A DNA stretch of 64,000 bases from Planctomycetota bacterium (GCA_044222185.1 JBGANV010000005.1:320001-384000); one strand, 5' to 3'; shown: positions 1 to 11,900, numbered from the stretch's first letter. The notes: generated from the sequence alone by a model not told the origin. Translations and numbers: made by a program.

Positions 1-6
1 TCCGCC

Positions 7-1656
7 ATGGAACGGTGGCTCGCGGGACTGGGGATCCGGCTCGTGAACGCGCCCATTCCTCGCAAAGCCGTCGTGCACGAAGACGCGCTGCCGCGAGGAT
101 ACGCTCCGGATGCGGGGATCGAGGCCGAGCTTGCGCGCACGCTCGCGGCGAAGGGCACTCCGCTCGTCGACCTCCTCACCGCGTTCCGCGCGGAGCCGCG
201 CGCGCAGATCTACAACAAGGTCGACAGCCATTGGAACGACCGCGGCATGGCCATCGCCGCCGATGCCGTCGCCTCCTTCCTCGGCATGAAGAAGCCCGAG
301 GCCGAGCGCAAGACGGTCATCACCAAGGTCGACGACCGCCCCGAGCCCGGCGACGTCTACAAGATGATCGGGCTGGAGACCGAGGGCGCATCGAAAGTCG
401 ACGTCGGTCGCACGGAAGTCCTGGAGGTCCTCAACGTCTCCAACAAGCGGCCGGCCGCCCTCACCCAACCGAAGGAGCCCGGGCGCGTCTCGCTCGCCGG
501 CACGAGTTTCACGGCGACGACTCGCTTCGTCCGATTCCTCGGACACTTCCTGGGCGAGCCCGTCTTCAACGGTGCCGTCCGTGCCATCGGCCCGGTGGAG
601 CCGCTCCGGCGACTCCTGGCGCTGATGCGTGAGAAGCCGCGGCCCGGACGCGTCGTCGTCTGGGAGATCCCGGCGCACAACCTGTTCTGCACGCCGGCGC
701 CGCTCGCCGGCGCAGGGCGCGTGTTCGACGAGAACGCGCCGGGGAACCTGTCGCCGTTCCCGTTGGGCCGCATTCACGACGCGCTCTGGACACCCGGCCT
801 GCTCGGGCCCGGCAGTCACGCGTTGTCGACGGCGTCCGTTCGCCGCACGTCGGCGAACGGCGTCCTCATCCACCCCGGTGATGGCACGCTCGCCGTGCGA
901 ATCACCGGCGACGTGTACTCGGGCACCGCCGAATTCGAGATCGAGACTCGCGACGTCTCCCTGAAATCCGAGTGGCGCGCCGGTGAGAGCGAGTGCGTCA
1001 TCCCGATCCTCTCGCGTGATGTCGTGTCGACGTTCCACCTGGCGCTACGTGCGGCGAAGGGGCGCGCCGACGTGGACGTGCGCTCCATCGAGATCGTCAC
1101 GGACCTCGACCTGGAACGCCATCGCACGGCGAGGCTCGCACCGCCGACCACGTCCGGCGCTGGCGTGGAACAGATCGCCACCCTGCATGCGCCGACGAAG
1201 ATCGCACGGTTCTCCGTCGCACGCTTTCAATTCGACCCTGGCGCGAAGCTCGACGGAACGCAGGTGACGTTCGAAGCGCGGTGCGCGAATGGCGACTCCC
1301 GTGCAGTGACGTTGCCCGTCCTGAGACCCGACGGCGGCACGGGAACGGCTGTCGGCGCGGGCGCGACGGTGATCCTGTCGCTCTCGACACTCGAAGGCGC
1401 CGAGCTGGTGTCCCTCGTCGTACGCACCGACGGCGGCGCGACTCCGAAACTGCTCGAGTCGGCGGACTACCTGCCGAAGGCCGGAGCCACGTCGGCGTCG
1501 TCGCGGCCGTCGTCCCGCCCCGGATCCCGTCCGGCGTCGCGGCCGGCGTCGCGACCAGCGTCTCGGCCGGACACGACGAAGAAGCCGGCCGCGTCGAAGC
1601 CAGCCGCGCAGCCGAAGGCGCCGGCGTCTCGACCCGCTCCTACGAAGCCCAAGTGA
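7..1656 (+). CDS. AlgX/AlgJ-like SGNH-type polysaccharide O-acetyltransferase with C-terminal beta-rich domains (probably 5'-truncated by window edge)
   Basis: D-x-H motif (KVDSHWNDRG) and GTSF serine motif match the AlgX/AlgJ Asp-His-Ser triad. Also 'PIPRKAVVH' and 'VVVWE'. The frame is open from base 1, so the true start is probably upstream. Confidence 0.7.
   Translation: MERWLAGLGIRLVNAPIPRKAVVHEDALPRGYAPDAGIEAELARTLAAKGTPLVDLLTAFRAEPRAQIYNKVDSHWNDRGMAIAADAVASFLGMKKPEAERKTVITKVDDRPEPGDVYKMIGLETEGASKVDVGRTEVLEVLNVSNKRPAALTQPKEPGRVSLAGTSFTATTRFVRFLGHFLGEPVFNGAVRAIGPVEPLRRLLALMREKPRPGRVVVWEIPAHNLFCTPAPLAGAGRVFDENAPGNLSPFPLGRIHDALWTPGLLGPGSHALSTASVRRTSANGVLIHPGDGTLAVRITGDVYSGTAEFEIETRDVSLKSEWRAGESECVIPILSRDVVSTFHLALRAAKGRADVDVRSIEIVTDLDLERHRTARLAPPTTSGAGVEQIATLHAPTKIARFSVARFQFDPGAKLDGTQVTFEARCANGDSRAVTLPVLRPDGGTGTAVGAGATVILSLSTLEGAELVSLVVRTDGGATPKLLESADYLPKAGATSASSRPSSRPGSRPASRPASRPASRPDTTKKPAASKPAAQPKAPASRPAPTKPK
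1501..1569 (+). repeat. Coding tandem repeat (SRPx)6 in low-complexity C-terminal tail
   Basis: SRPS-SRPG-SRPA-SRPA-SRPA-SRP, 12-bp period with synonymous variation. Confidence 0.85.
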
Positions 1657-1681
1657 GTGCGGGAGGCGCGCGCCGCGCGGA

Positions 1682-2923
1682 TCACGGGACGATCGTCACG
1701 GACCAGGCATTCGACACGAAATCCTCCGGCGCGATCGTCAGGTACGCGAACTGGATCGTCGCGCCGATCGCGACCGACGGGATGAATCCCGGTGGCACGA
1801 GCAGGACTGCATTCGAGTCGCCGATGTCGCTGAAGAAGCTGTAGGAGTTCGGGAAGAACGCCGAGTCCGCCAACTCGACCGAAAGCTGGGTCACCGCATC
1901 GATGTTCAGCGGGAGCGTCAGGGAGCCGATGGGGGTTCCCGGAACGGAGCCCGAAGCGGACGCCGCCAGGATGTAGTTCTTGAATTGATTGGCCGTGCCG
2001 GCGCGGAGCGAGAAGAAGACCGACCCGCCGGATGCGGAAACCGTCGAGGCGTTCGCCACGAGCGGCAGCAGCGTGTTGAAGCCGCGGATCTGGAAGAGGG
2101 AGAACGTCAGCCAGTCCGTGATGAACAGGTCGCGGGTGATCGGGTCGAACGCCATGCCCACCTGCATGGGAAAGTTCGTGATCAGATCGTGCAACTGGGG
2201 CGTGCTCGCGCCGCCGAACGGTTGGCCGCTCGACGGATCGATGTCGATGCGACGCAGGACGGCGCCCGGCCAGGTGAAGTCCGCCACGAGCAGATCACCC
2301 TCGAACGGTCCCGACGGCACGTACTGGAGCGCTTCGATCGCGCTGGATGGCATCTGGGCGAACAAGCTCGCCGACGAGGGCGTGAACGTGCCGTTGGGGT
2401 TGGCCGTGAGCGTCACCGCGTAGATGCCACCGTTCGAGAACGAGCTCACGAGCATCGTGCCGGCGTTCGGCTGCGACGACGGGACGAACGTCATTCCGCC
2501 GGACGTGCCGACGGCGGCCGGCAGCGGAAACTCGTAGACGACACCGTTGACGATCTCACCGAGCTGATTCGTGGGGTACGTCGTGAAGAAGATCACGCCG
2601 TTCGGTCCCACCTCCAGGCCGGCGTCGATGTAGGAAACGACGGCGACGAGCGTCGCGGCCTGGAATCCGACGATCCGTCCCGTGACGTCGCGTATCACGG
2701 GCGCCGAGTACAGGAGGCTGCCCGGCTGATTCCCCGCGCCCGAGATGTAGAGCGTGGATCCGTCAGGGCTGAACTGCATGGCCGATGGCGCGGGCACGAT
2801 GCCCAGGTTCCACAGATGGAACTGGTTGGCGAGAACGAGGCCGGGGGGCAGCCCGAGCTGGGCGACGGCGAGCGATCCGGTGAGGACGGCGACGAGGGCG
2901 AGGCGGTTGGTGATCGAGCGCAT
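1682..2923 (-). CDS. Secreted beta-propeller protein with C-terminal beta-sandwich domain (413 aa)
   Basis: Start reassigned to MRSITNRLALVAVLTGSLAVAQ (signal peptide, AGGAG upstream). Propeller-like blades (MQFSPDG, LEVGPNG, MAFDP). The C-terminal domain resembles those of 41442-43049 and 57011-58471. Confidence 0.7.
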   Translation of the reverse strand: MRSITNRLALVAVLTGSLAVAQLGLPPGLVLANQFHLWNLGIVPAPSAMQFSPDGSTLYISGAGNQPGSLLYSAPVIRDVTGRIVGFQAATLVAVVSYIDAGLEVGPNGVIFFTTYPTNQLGEIVNGVVYEFPLPAAVGTSGGMTFVPSSQPNAGTMLVSSFSNGGIYAVTLTANPNGTFTPSSASLFAQMPSSAIEALQYVPSGPFEGDLLVADFTWPGAVLRRIDIDPSSGQPFGGASTPQLHDLITNFPMQVGMAFDPITRDLFITDWLTFSLFQIRGFNTLLPLVANASTVSASGGSVFFSLRAGTANQFKNYILAASASGSVPGTPIGSLTLPLNIDAVTQLSVELADSAFFPNSYSFFSDIGDSNAVLLVPPGFIPSVAIGATIQFAYLTIAPEDFVSNAWSVTIVP

Positions 2924-3155
2924 GGGACGGAATCTCCTGGTTCCTGAAAGCCGGGTTGGCGTCAGCGTGGCCGGATCGGTCGGCAGGGCGCGAGCCCTCG
3001 GGCCGTGACGCGCGGCGCAGGGCCTTCGAGGCTCATGCGCGGGATGTTCGACACTTGAAGCGTCGCAACGAATCGAAAAGTGACAGTCTGCGCCGCCTGC
3101 ATGCGGCGACGACGACCCTCGAAGGCCACGCCACGCGTCGTTAGCCTCGGCCCCC

Positions 3156-3863
3156 ATGTCGCTTCGAGACCGGTTCAAGACGCTGCGGATGTCGCTTGCG
3201 GCGCGAAGCCTCGTTCGCCGCGCCGATGCCACTCCGACTCTGGCGAATGCGATGGATCTCGTCATCGGCCGGAAGCCCTTCCAGGCCGCGCAGAACCGCG
3301 AAGAGATCGCGCCGCTGCTCGAACGGATCCGCGCCATCGAACCCAGACACGTCTGCGAGATCGGTTCCCGTCGAGGTGGCAACCTGTTCCTCTTCACGCG
3401 CGTCGCGCATGCGGAGGCTCGCCTCCTCTCCATCGACATCGGGCTCGACCCCATTCGCCAGCAGGCACACGCCAGGCTCGCGCGCGCGAAGCAGTCGATC
3501 ACGTGCCTGCGCGCCGATTCGCACGCCGACGCGACCCGCGAGGCCGTCGCCCGCTGGCTGGGCAGCGCCTTCCTCGACTTCCTCTTCATCGACGGCGACC
3601 ACAACTACGCCGGCGTGAAGCAGGACTTCGCCGTCTTCTCGCCGTTCGTGAGGCCTGGGGGTCTCATCGCGTTCCACGACATCGTCCCCGATGAACGTCT
3701 TCGCGGGCACACTCCGACGGGGAATTGGGTGGGAGAGGTTCCGGTCTTCTGGCGCGAGCTGTGCGCGGTGCATCCCCACTGCTGGGAGTTCGTCGCGAAT
3801 CCCGAACAGGACGGGTATGGCATCGGGCTCATCCAGGTCGAGGGCGCAGAGACTCGTGGCTGA
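3156..3863 (+). CDS. Class I SAM-dependent methyltransferase (Methyltransf_24-like)
   Basis: EIGSRRGG SAM motif, FLFIDGDHNY and PGGLIAFHD motifs. Confidence 0.85.
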   Translation: MSLRDRFKTLRMSLAARSLVRRADATPTLANAMDLVIGRKPFQAAQNREEIAPLLERIRAIEPRHVCEIGSRRGGNLFLFTRVAHAEARLLSIDIGLDPIRQQAHARLARAKQSITCLRADSHADATREAVARWLGSAFLDFLFIDGDHNYAGVKQDFAVFSPFVRPGGLIAFHDIVPDERLRGHTPTGNWVGEVPVFWRELCAVHPHCWEFVANPEQDGYGIGLIQVEGAETRG

Positions 3864-4521
3864 AGCGGGTGGGCGCCGGGCCACCTGGTCCGACTTCGCG
3901 AGGGCGGCCGCGTTCTCCTGGCTCTGCTTCGCCGTCATGACGTGCCTCGCCGTGCTGAACGAGGAGCGACCCGGGCGCCAGATCGACGACCCGATCCTCG
4001 ACGCGATCCCCTACGTCGCGCGCATCGACGCGTGGAACTACTGGATCTGGCTCCTCGCATGGCTCGGCGGCATCGGGGCCTTGCTTCGCGTGGACCGCCG
4101 CGCGTGTGCTCGCATGCTCCTGAGCTCCGGATTTGCGTCGCTCGCCCGCGGCGTCTGCGTCCTCACGACCGGGCTCGGCCCCGTGCGCGGCGAGGACGTC
4201 AACCTGCGGCATCCCTGGGACTGGAATCTGCGCGCGCACGTCGTCGGCCAGATCCTCGACCCGCTCTCGGTGTTCTTCGACGACTCCGCGCACATCTGGC
4301 TCACGAAGGACCTGTTCTTCTCGGGCCACGCCTGTTCCACGCTGCTTCTCGTGCTCTACGCGGGGCGCCGCAACGGCCTGCGAGCCGCCTTCCTGGCGCT
4401 CCACGGGATCGTCGTCGCCACGGTGCTGCTGGCACACCTCCACTACACCATCGACGTCGTCGGTGGGTGGGCCGCGGCGTCCGTGATCTGGTGGTGGCGC
4501 GACGGGCGCCGCGCGGCCTGA
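3856..4521 (+). CDS. Sphingomyelin/IPC-synthase-like PAP2-superfamily membrane phosphotransferase
   Basis: DLFFSGH and HYTIDV motifs (D3/D4 motifs of the SMS family) and several TM helices. GTG start overlaps the upstream stop by 8 bp. Confidence 0.75.
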   Translation: MAEAGGRRATWSDFARAAAFSWLCFAVMTCLAVLNEERPGRQIDDPILDAIPYVARIDAWNYWIWLLAWLGGIGALLRVDRRACARMLLSSGFASLARGVCVLTTGLGPVRGEDVNLRHPWDWNLRAHVVGQILDPLSVFFDDSAHIWLTKDLFFSGHACSTLLLVLYAGRRNGLRAAFLALHGIVVATVLLAHLHYTIDVVGGWAAASVIWWWRDGRRAA

Positions 4522-4533
4522 GACGGTCTCCCG

Positions 4534-5796
4534 TCACTCGCCGTCCCGCGGCTTGCGCGGCGGCTTCGCTTCGTCCCCGCGGATCGGTGCTGACTTCTCG
4601 AGAGCCGGAGACGGGGCCTTCTTCGTCGGCCGAGGCTGCGGCGCATCGCCAGCCGGCGCCCGCGGAGTGGGAGCCGACGGCACCACGTACTTGGGATCAC
4701 GCGCGTCGCTCCGCCGGACGTCAGGTATGCGATCGCGCCGCTGCGCGGCATCGAGCTGCTTGCGCTCACGCGTCATCTGCTGCTCGGCGAGGTCGCGTCG
4801 CTGCTGGGCCGCGCGGCGGCGGGCCTCCGCGTCCGCCGGGTTGGCGAGCGGCGGATTCGGCGTGCGGAGATCCTCCTCCACCTGGAGGCGAGTCTGGCGG
4901 TGGCGATCTTCGAGCGCCTGGCGCTCGATTTCGTGACGCCGCGTCAGGTCCGAGTCCTGCCGGGCCGCATGCGGCGTCGGCGCTGCGTGCGGCGGTCGCC
5001 CCTCCGAAAGCACGGGACGATAGGCGCGGAGCTCGTCCGGTCCGCCTTCGCGCGCTGCATCGGGCGAATCCACGTCTCGAATCGAGGCACGCGGGAGGGT
5101 CCGGCCGAGGTCGCGCTCGAGCGCCGGTGCGGCGAAGCTTCGGTTCTCAGCATGGCGCCCCTTCGGCGCATAGTCGGTCACGTCCCGCGACGACTGGATC
5201 AGTTCGTGGTTCCGCCACGCAGGCAGAACGTGCGTGTCGACGTCCCGAACGGTCAGACCGTCCGAATCGACGAACGTCCACGCGAGCGGATCCCCAGGGT
5301 CGCCGCCCCGCAGCCCGTCGTGCGGATTCCAGTGCGACTGGGGCGGCAACGGCGCCCAGCCGACATGACGCGGTCCGCGCCGCCAACAGACCCAGGCCGG
5401 CGACCACACGGTGCCGGGCACCCAGATCCAGCCGTGATCGTCGTGCAGCCTCCACGTCCCGTAGTGGAACGGGGCCCAGCCCCACGGCCAATCGGAAACC
5501 CACGTCATGCCGTAATCCGTCCAGACCCAGTGTCCGTGCGTGTAAGGCCGCCAGCCGATGTGCACGCCGTACGGCGTCCAACACCAGCCATGGGGATCGA
5601 CGAAGACCCATTCGCCGTACGGGGCGAGAGGCTCGTAGAACACGCTCACGTCGGTGACCGCGAGCGTCGTGCCCGCACTCGACGACTCGGTGACCACGAC
5701 GTCGGTCTCTCGCACGACCGGCTCGGTGCGACACGCGAATGACCCCGCGAGGACGATCGACATCAGCACCACATGCATCGTCGAGAGTCGGTTCAT
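4534..5796 (-). CDS. DUF6600-like Trp/Gly/Pro-rich putative lipoprotein with charged coiled-coil tail
   Basis: FYEPLAPYGEW...WRPYTHGHWVWTDYG.TWVSDWPWGWAPFHYG.W...WSPAWV..R...VGWAPLPP pattern. Lipobox-like LAGSFAC. Confidence 0.75.
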   Translation of the reverse strand: MNRLSTMHVVLMSIVLAGSFACRTEPVVRETDVVVTESSSAGTTLAVTDVSVFYEPLAPYGEWVFVDPHGWCWTPYGVHIGWRPYTHGHWVWTDYGMTWVSDWPWGWAPFHYGTWRLHDDHGWIWVPGTVWSPAWVCWRRGPRHVGWAPLPPQSHWNPHDGLRGGDPGDPLAWTFVDSDGLTVRDVDTHVLPAWRNHELIQSSRDVTDYAPKGRHAENRSFAAPALERDLGRTLPRASIRDVDSPDAAREGGPDELRAYRPVLSEGRPPHAAPTPHAARQDSDLTRRHEIERQALEDRHRQTRLQVEEDLRTPNPPLANPADAEARRRAAQQRRDLAEQQMTRERKQLDAAQRRDRIPDVRRSDARDPKYVVPSAPTPRAPAGDAPQPRPTKKAPSPALEKSAPIRGDEAKPPRKPRDGE

Positions 5797-5900
5797 GATG
5801 CACCTCCGCTTCGCACGGTGATCTTCCGATGAGGCATGACGTGGGGAACAGTGGCCGCTGTTCGCAGCACCGCCTGAACCGCGGCGAAACCCGCGGATCG

Positions 5901-8900
5901 TCAGCGTCCGCCGCGGCGCAAGTCCGCCGAACGCTCGAAGAAGCGCCAGTATGTCGCGAGGAGCGACGCGTCGGGCGGCGGGCAGCGGATTCCAAGACGC
6001 GAGAGTTCAGCCGTCGTCCGAGGACAGGTGACCACGGGTGCATCGGCCGTCGCGTCGCCACCGTCCGCCTCCTCGAGCACGGCGAGAACGGAGTGGAGGT
6101 CGCTCGCTTCGTCCGCGGCCGCGCGCTCGCGCAGCCGTCGCCGCCAGACGTCGAGCGGGACCGCTCGAAGCACGACGCCCATCGCCGCCAGCTCCGCGAC
6201 GATCGCATTCGTCGAGACGGTGGCCGGGTTCATCAGGTGCCAGGGCCCGGACGAACCCGAACCCTCGCCGGCGATCCGCACGATGGCTTTGGCGACGAAG
6301 TCCACGGGCGTGAGATCCACGTCTGCCGGCACCTCGGGAGTGCACCCGAGCTCGACGCAAGCCGCGAACAGTCGATTGACGAAGTCCTCGCGGTTGCATG
6401 CGCCGGTGCGCGAACTTCCCGTGAGCCGCCCCACGCGGTGGATGGTCACGGGGAGGCCGCGCATCCCGGCCGCGCGCACCAGTTCCTCGGCGACCCACTT
6501 GGACTGCGCGTAGCTGCCGGTGACGTCGACGGCGTCCGACAGGGTTGCACCTTCGTCGACCCGGGTGCCTCGACGTGACGGGCAGTCGAAGACGCCGATG
6601 GACGAGACGTGGTGGAGCGGCTTCGCGCGGACGCGCGATGCAAACCGGAGAACCTCGATCGTGCCGCCGACGTTGGTCGGGGCGAGGACGGCGTACGGCG
6701 CGGCGAAGCTCGTGGAACCGCCCGCATGGATGATGGCGTCGCAGTCGGTCGAAAGGCGCTCGTGATGACGTTCATCCAACCCGAAGCGCGGCTCGTCGAG
6801 GCGTCCCACGACGACGTCCACCCGCTCCTCCAGGCCGCTGCAATCCAGCGCGAACCGCGCGAAGGCGGCGTGGAGGCGCGCGAGCCCATCGGCCTGCGAC
6901 GCCGCACGCACGAGACACGCGACACGCGCCGTCGTCGCTTCGAGCAGTTCGCGCAGCACGAATGCACCGAGGAAGCCCGTCGCGCCGGTGACGAACGGGA
7001 ACATGAGGCGAGGTCCGGCGTCAGTCCTCGGCGGCGCCGCCACGACGTCGTCCGGCAACACGACCGCGGCACGGAGGTCGACGCCGGGCGTCGGCGCGAC
7101 CGGCGTTCCGGTCACGCCACGCTCCAACAGCGAGGCGAGCCCCGAGACCGTCGGGTGATCGAACAGCTGGCGCAGGAGCACACGCGAACCCGTCGCTTCG
7201 CGGAGCGCTGCCACCACCCGAAGGGCTGCCAGCGAATGGCCTCCCAGCGAGAAGAAACTCTCGTGCCGCGCCGGCAACGCGCACCCCAGCGCCCGTGAGA
7301 ACGCCCGCGCCACGGTCCGCTCGACTTCGCTGAGCGAACCGTCGTCGTGCGTCGATCGCGAGAGTGCCGACGGGGCACGCGCCAACGCCCTCCGGTCGAT
7401 CTTGCCGGTGACCGTGATCGGAAAGGCGTCCAACACGAGGACCTCCGCGGGGACGGACGCGGCTGGAAGCTGCGCCGACAGTCGCCCGCGGATTCCGTCC
7501 GGCGTCGCCGGAACGCCCTCGCGCACGATGCAGCAGGCGCGCAAGGACACCTCGCGCTCCGCCGAAGCCACGGCGACCACGACCGCGTCCGCGATCGACG
7601 GATCCGTTCGCAGGAGCGCCTCGACCTCGCGCGGCTCCACGCGGTGACCACGGATCTTCACCTGGTCGTCGATGCGCCCGAGCCATTCCAGTTGGCCGTC
7701 GGGTCGCCAGCGCACGCGATCCCCCGTCTCGTACGCACGCGCGCCCGGCTCGCCGATGAAGGTGTCCGCAACGAATGACGTGGCCGTCGCGGCGGGGTCG
7801 TTCCAGTAGCCGCGCGCCACGCCGCGGCCGCCCAGATACAACTCGCCGACGGCGCCGACCGGTGCGGGTGATCCCACGTCATCCAACACCCAGGCGCGGA
7901 CGCCGGGGAGAGGCCGCCCGATGGGGATGGCGTCGTCCGGGACGTGCGGGCCGGCCGTCAGGTCGGAGAGCGTCGCCACGATCGTGCCCTCCGTGGGCCC
8001 GTACGTGTTGACGAGGCGCACGCGACTCCCGACGACGTCACGCCAGGCGCGGACGGCCTGCGGCGATGCCGCCTCGCCCCCGAGGATCACGAGGCGCACG
8101 GAATCGGGCACCGAGCAGTCCCCCAATGGCAGCGCGCGGACAAGCTCGTGCCAGTACGACGTGGGAAGGTCGAGCACGGTGATCCTCTCGGCCGCCACGC
8201 GAATCCAGAACTCGCACGGGTCGAGCGGCCATCCGTCGTCGCGGATCACGAGCGTCGCGCCGGCCACGAGCGTGCACCAGATCTCCTCGGCACTCGCATC
8301 GAACCCGGTGGACGCGAACTGGAGGACTCGGTCGCCGCCCTCCAACGCGAACGAGGCGCGCGCGGTCGCCACGTAGGAAGCGAGGCCGGCGTGCGTCAGC
8401 TCGACGCCCTTGGGTTCGCCCGTAGTCCCGGACGTGAAGTAGATGCACGCCGGTTCCGTGAGCCCGTCGGTTGCGCGGGGCACCGCTCGCACGACCGATG
8501 CGCCCGGGGGTGCATCCAGGTACGCCACGCGGAACTCGCCGCCGATCGCCCCGCGCGACGCCCTGGGCGCGAGGATCAACGCCGGCGCAAGACGCGCCAG
8601 CAAGACCTGCTGCCGCGCGAGCGGCCAGCTGGGATCGAGCGGGACCGCGACGCGTCCGACTTGCCAGACGGCCAGCATCGCCGCCGCGAAGTCGGCCGAC
8701 CGGCCCAGCGTCACCGCGACGGGTCCAGGCTCGGGCGACGCGACCTCGATCAGCCTCGTGATCTCGTCGACGCGGGCGAGGAACGCGCGTCCGCTCGTTC
8801 GCGAACCGCGATCCTCGACGATCGTCGCGTCGGGGGCCCGCGAGCACCGGCGCATCACGGCGGTCACGAGGTTCTCCCCCGGCAGAGCCGGCCCTCCGTC

Positions 8901-11900
8901 GGCGAGCGCACGCCACCGAGAAAGCCCATCGCCCGTCAACACCCCGATCGAGCCCACGCGGCGGGCTGGATCCGCGGCGAATGCCCGCAGGACCTCCTCC
9001 ACCTGCTCCAGCACGCCGTCCCCGATGCGCCCATCGACCCTGGCCGGATCGAACTGGACGCGGAGCTCCCACGCCTCGCCCGGGACGGCGACGAACGTGA
9101 CCGGATAGCTCGTCTGCTCCCGCGCGATCGTTCGCAGGACCGAGATCCCCTCCGGCGTCGTGCCGGCGGCGCGATCGATGGGGTAGTTCTCGATCACGAC
9201 GAGGCTGTCGAAGGGAGCCCGACCGAGCGGCATGCCAGCCGCTCGCTGGACGTCGCTCATCGGCGTCCAATCGAAGGGTCCAGCCTCCACCTGCTCGTCG
9301 TGGACCGCGCGGATCCAGGAGCCCGCGGGCTCGTCGGCATCGATCCGGACTCGGACGAGCCGCGTGTTGATGAACAACCCGACGCGTTCGTCGAAACCCT
9401 CCACCTCCGGGCTGCGTCCGGAGACGGTGGCGCCGAAGAGCACGTCACGACATCCCGTCCAGGCGGCGAGGACGCGCGCCCATGCCGCCAGGACGACGGA
9501 TGCAGGCGTCGCACGGACCTCCTGCGCGAGCCGCTCGAGCGATCGCGTGGCGTCTCGGTCCAGCCGCATCGTGCGCTCGACGACTCCGCGCGACGCATCC
9601 GCGGGCGCTCCGGCGGGAAGTCGCGGCGGAGGCTCGAATCCGTCGAAGCGCGAACGCCAGAAATCGTGGGCGCGGGCCGAGTCCTGGCGTCCGAGCCAGG
9701 CGATGTAATCACGCACCCGACGCATCGGCGTCGGTCGTGGCGCGCGCGCGAGGCGTCGCCCGTCGTACGTGCGGACGACGTCACGAAGGAGAATCGGCAT
9801 CGACCACCCGTCCAGGATGAGGTGATGCCAGGTGAACACGAGCACGTGCCGGACCTCGCTCGAACGGATCAGCGCGCACCGCAAGAGGGGCGCGCCGTCG
9901 AGCACGAAGCCACGCCGCCGGTCCTCCTCGAGGAAGGCGTCGAGCCGGCTCTCCCAATGGGCCTCCCCCCGCCAATCGAGCTCCACCCACGGGACGTCGG
10001 GCGTCCGGCGGATCAGAAGGCGCGGCTCGGCGAGGCCGTCCGCGATGACGGAGGCGCGCAACATCTCGTGCAAGGACGCCACGTGTTCGAAGCTCGCTCG
10101 GAACGCACCGGCGTCGAGCGGTCCCTCGAGCACGCTCGCGAGCTGTTGGAAGTAGGCGCGGGACTCGGGCTCGAGGAGCGCGTGGAAGTACATGCCCTGC
10201 TGCGTCGACGTGAGGGGCAGCACGTCGGTCAGATCCGGCGCCCTTTCACACACGACGCGCAGCTCGTCCTCGGTGAGTCGGGCCAGCGTGAAATCCGCGG
10301 GCACGAGACAGTCCTTCGGCCGAGTGGCCGCAACCTCGGCGAGCTCGCGCAGGCTCGCGAGCACGTGCTCGCGGAACGCGACCATCGACGAAGGGTCGGA
10401 GACGCCGCAATCGAGGCGCAGCTCGCGAGCCGTACGCCAGACGTTCACTTCCAGCGGATGCGTCGGCCGGTTCGTTGGCCCGCGTGCGACCCGCCCCAGG
10501 TCCAACCCGACGAGCGAAAGCTCCTTCACGTCGCCGGCGGGCGGCGCGACCTCGCCCAGGTCGTTGAAGAGGATTCTCGCCGGCGCGCCGGCGAGCACAC
10601 CGGTCGACGCCAACCCGCGACCGGCACCGCGCGCCGCCCGCAAGGCCGATTTCACCGCGCGCAGCGCCGCGCTTGCGGACGATACACCCGTCACCGAGAT
10701 GCGGTGCACGTCCGTGAGCCAGCCGACGACGTGCGAGAGATCCAGCCCCGTGCCTTCGCGTCCATGGTGCTCGACGTCGACGCTCACCGTCGACGTCGGG
10801 TCGGCGGACGCAAGCGCGTGAACGACGGCCGCGAGGATGACTTCCTCGATCGACGCGTGCGACGCCGCCCGGCCCGCACCTCGCAGCACGGATGCGACGT
10901 CAGCCGGGACGTCGATGCGCACGGGAATCGCGCGCGGCAGATCCAGCACGCGTGACGCGGGGGCGACGGCCGTCGAGGGCTCCGCCCGTTCCGCGAGGCG
11001 CCGCGCATGCTCGGCGTGGGTCGCCGGCCCGCCGGCGTCGAGGGCTCGGATGTCCGGAGATTCGCCACGGACGTCGGTCACGAGCTCGTCGAGGAGGAGT
11101 CTCCAGGAGACACCGTCGACGACCAGGTGATGAGCGATGCAGACGAGTCCGCACATCCGGAGGTCGACGGCGCGGAACCAGATCGCGTGGAGGAGCGGGC
11201 CGTTCTCCACGTCGAGCGACGCGTGGGCCGCATCGACCGCAGTCTGCACGACCCCGACGACGGATTCGACGCCACCCTGAAGCGACCCCAGGTCGCTCCA
11301 CGCGGGCGCGTCGCGATCGACGAACGATTGCGTGACCTCGCCTCCCCGTCGTCGGAAGCGCGCCCGAAGCTGCGGATGCCGTTGAACCAATCGACCGAGC
11401 GCATCGCGCCATCGCCCCGAGCGTGAATCGAACGGCACCTCGAGTCCGACGACCTGGTTCCATTGGTTCGGCTCCGCGAAGCCTTGCGCGAAGAACCAGC
11501 GTTGTATGGGAGTCAGGGGAACGTTCTCGCCGGGGCGTACGTCACGGATTTTCGGCGATGGTGTCTCCTCGCGGGCTGCGAGGGACAGACGAGCGAGTCC
11601 GGCGACGGTCGGATGCTCGAACACGTCGCGCGTCCCCAGAGCGATCCCCTCCGCCCGCGCTCGGCTCACGATGCGTAGACTCGAGATGGAGTCCGCACCG
11701 ATCGCGAACAAATCGTCCGTCACGCCCACGCGTGCGCGACCGAGGACCGCGCCCACGATCCGCGCGAGCTGCGCCTCGCGCGGTGTGCGGGGCTCGACGC
11801 CGTCTCCGACGACGCCGCCCGCGAGATCCATCGACGTCTCGCGCTCGATCCGTGCTCGATCCACCTTGCCGTGAGCCGTGAGCGGCAGCGTATCCACGTG

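Noticed and set aside
3156-3863. Methyltransferase as a tailoring gene of the BGC
   Set aside because: Opposite strand, separated by two genes and coupled to the lipid-phosphotransferase gene. Not excluded, but unsupported.
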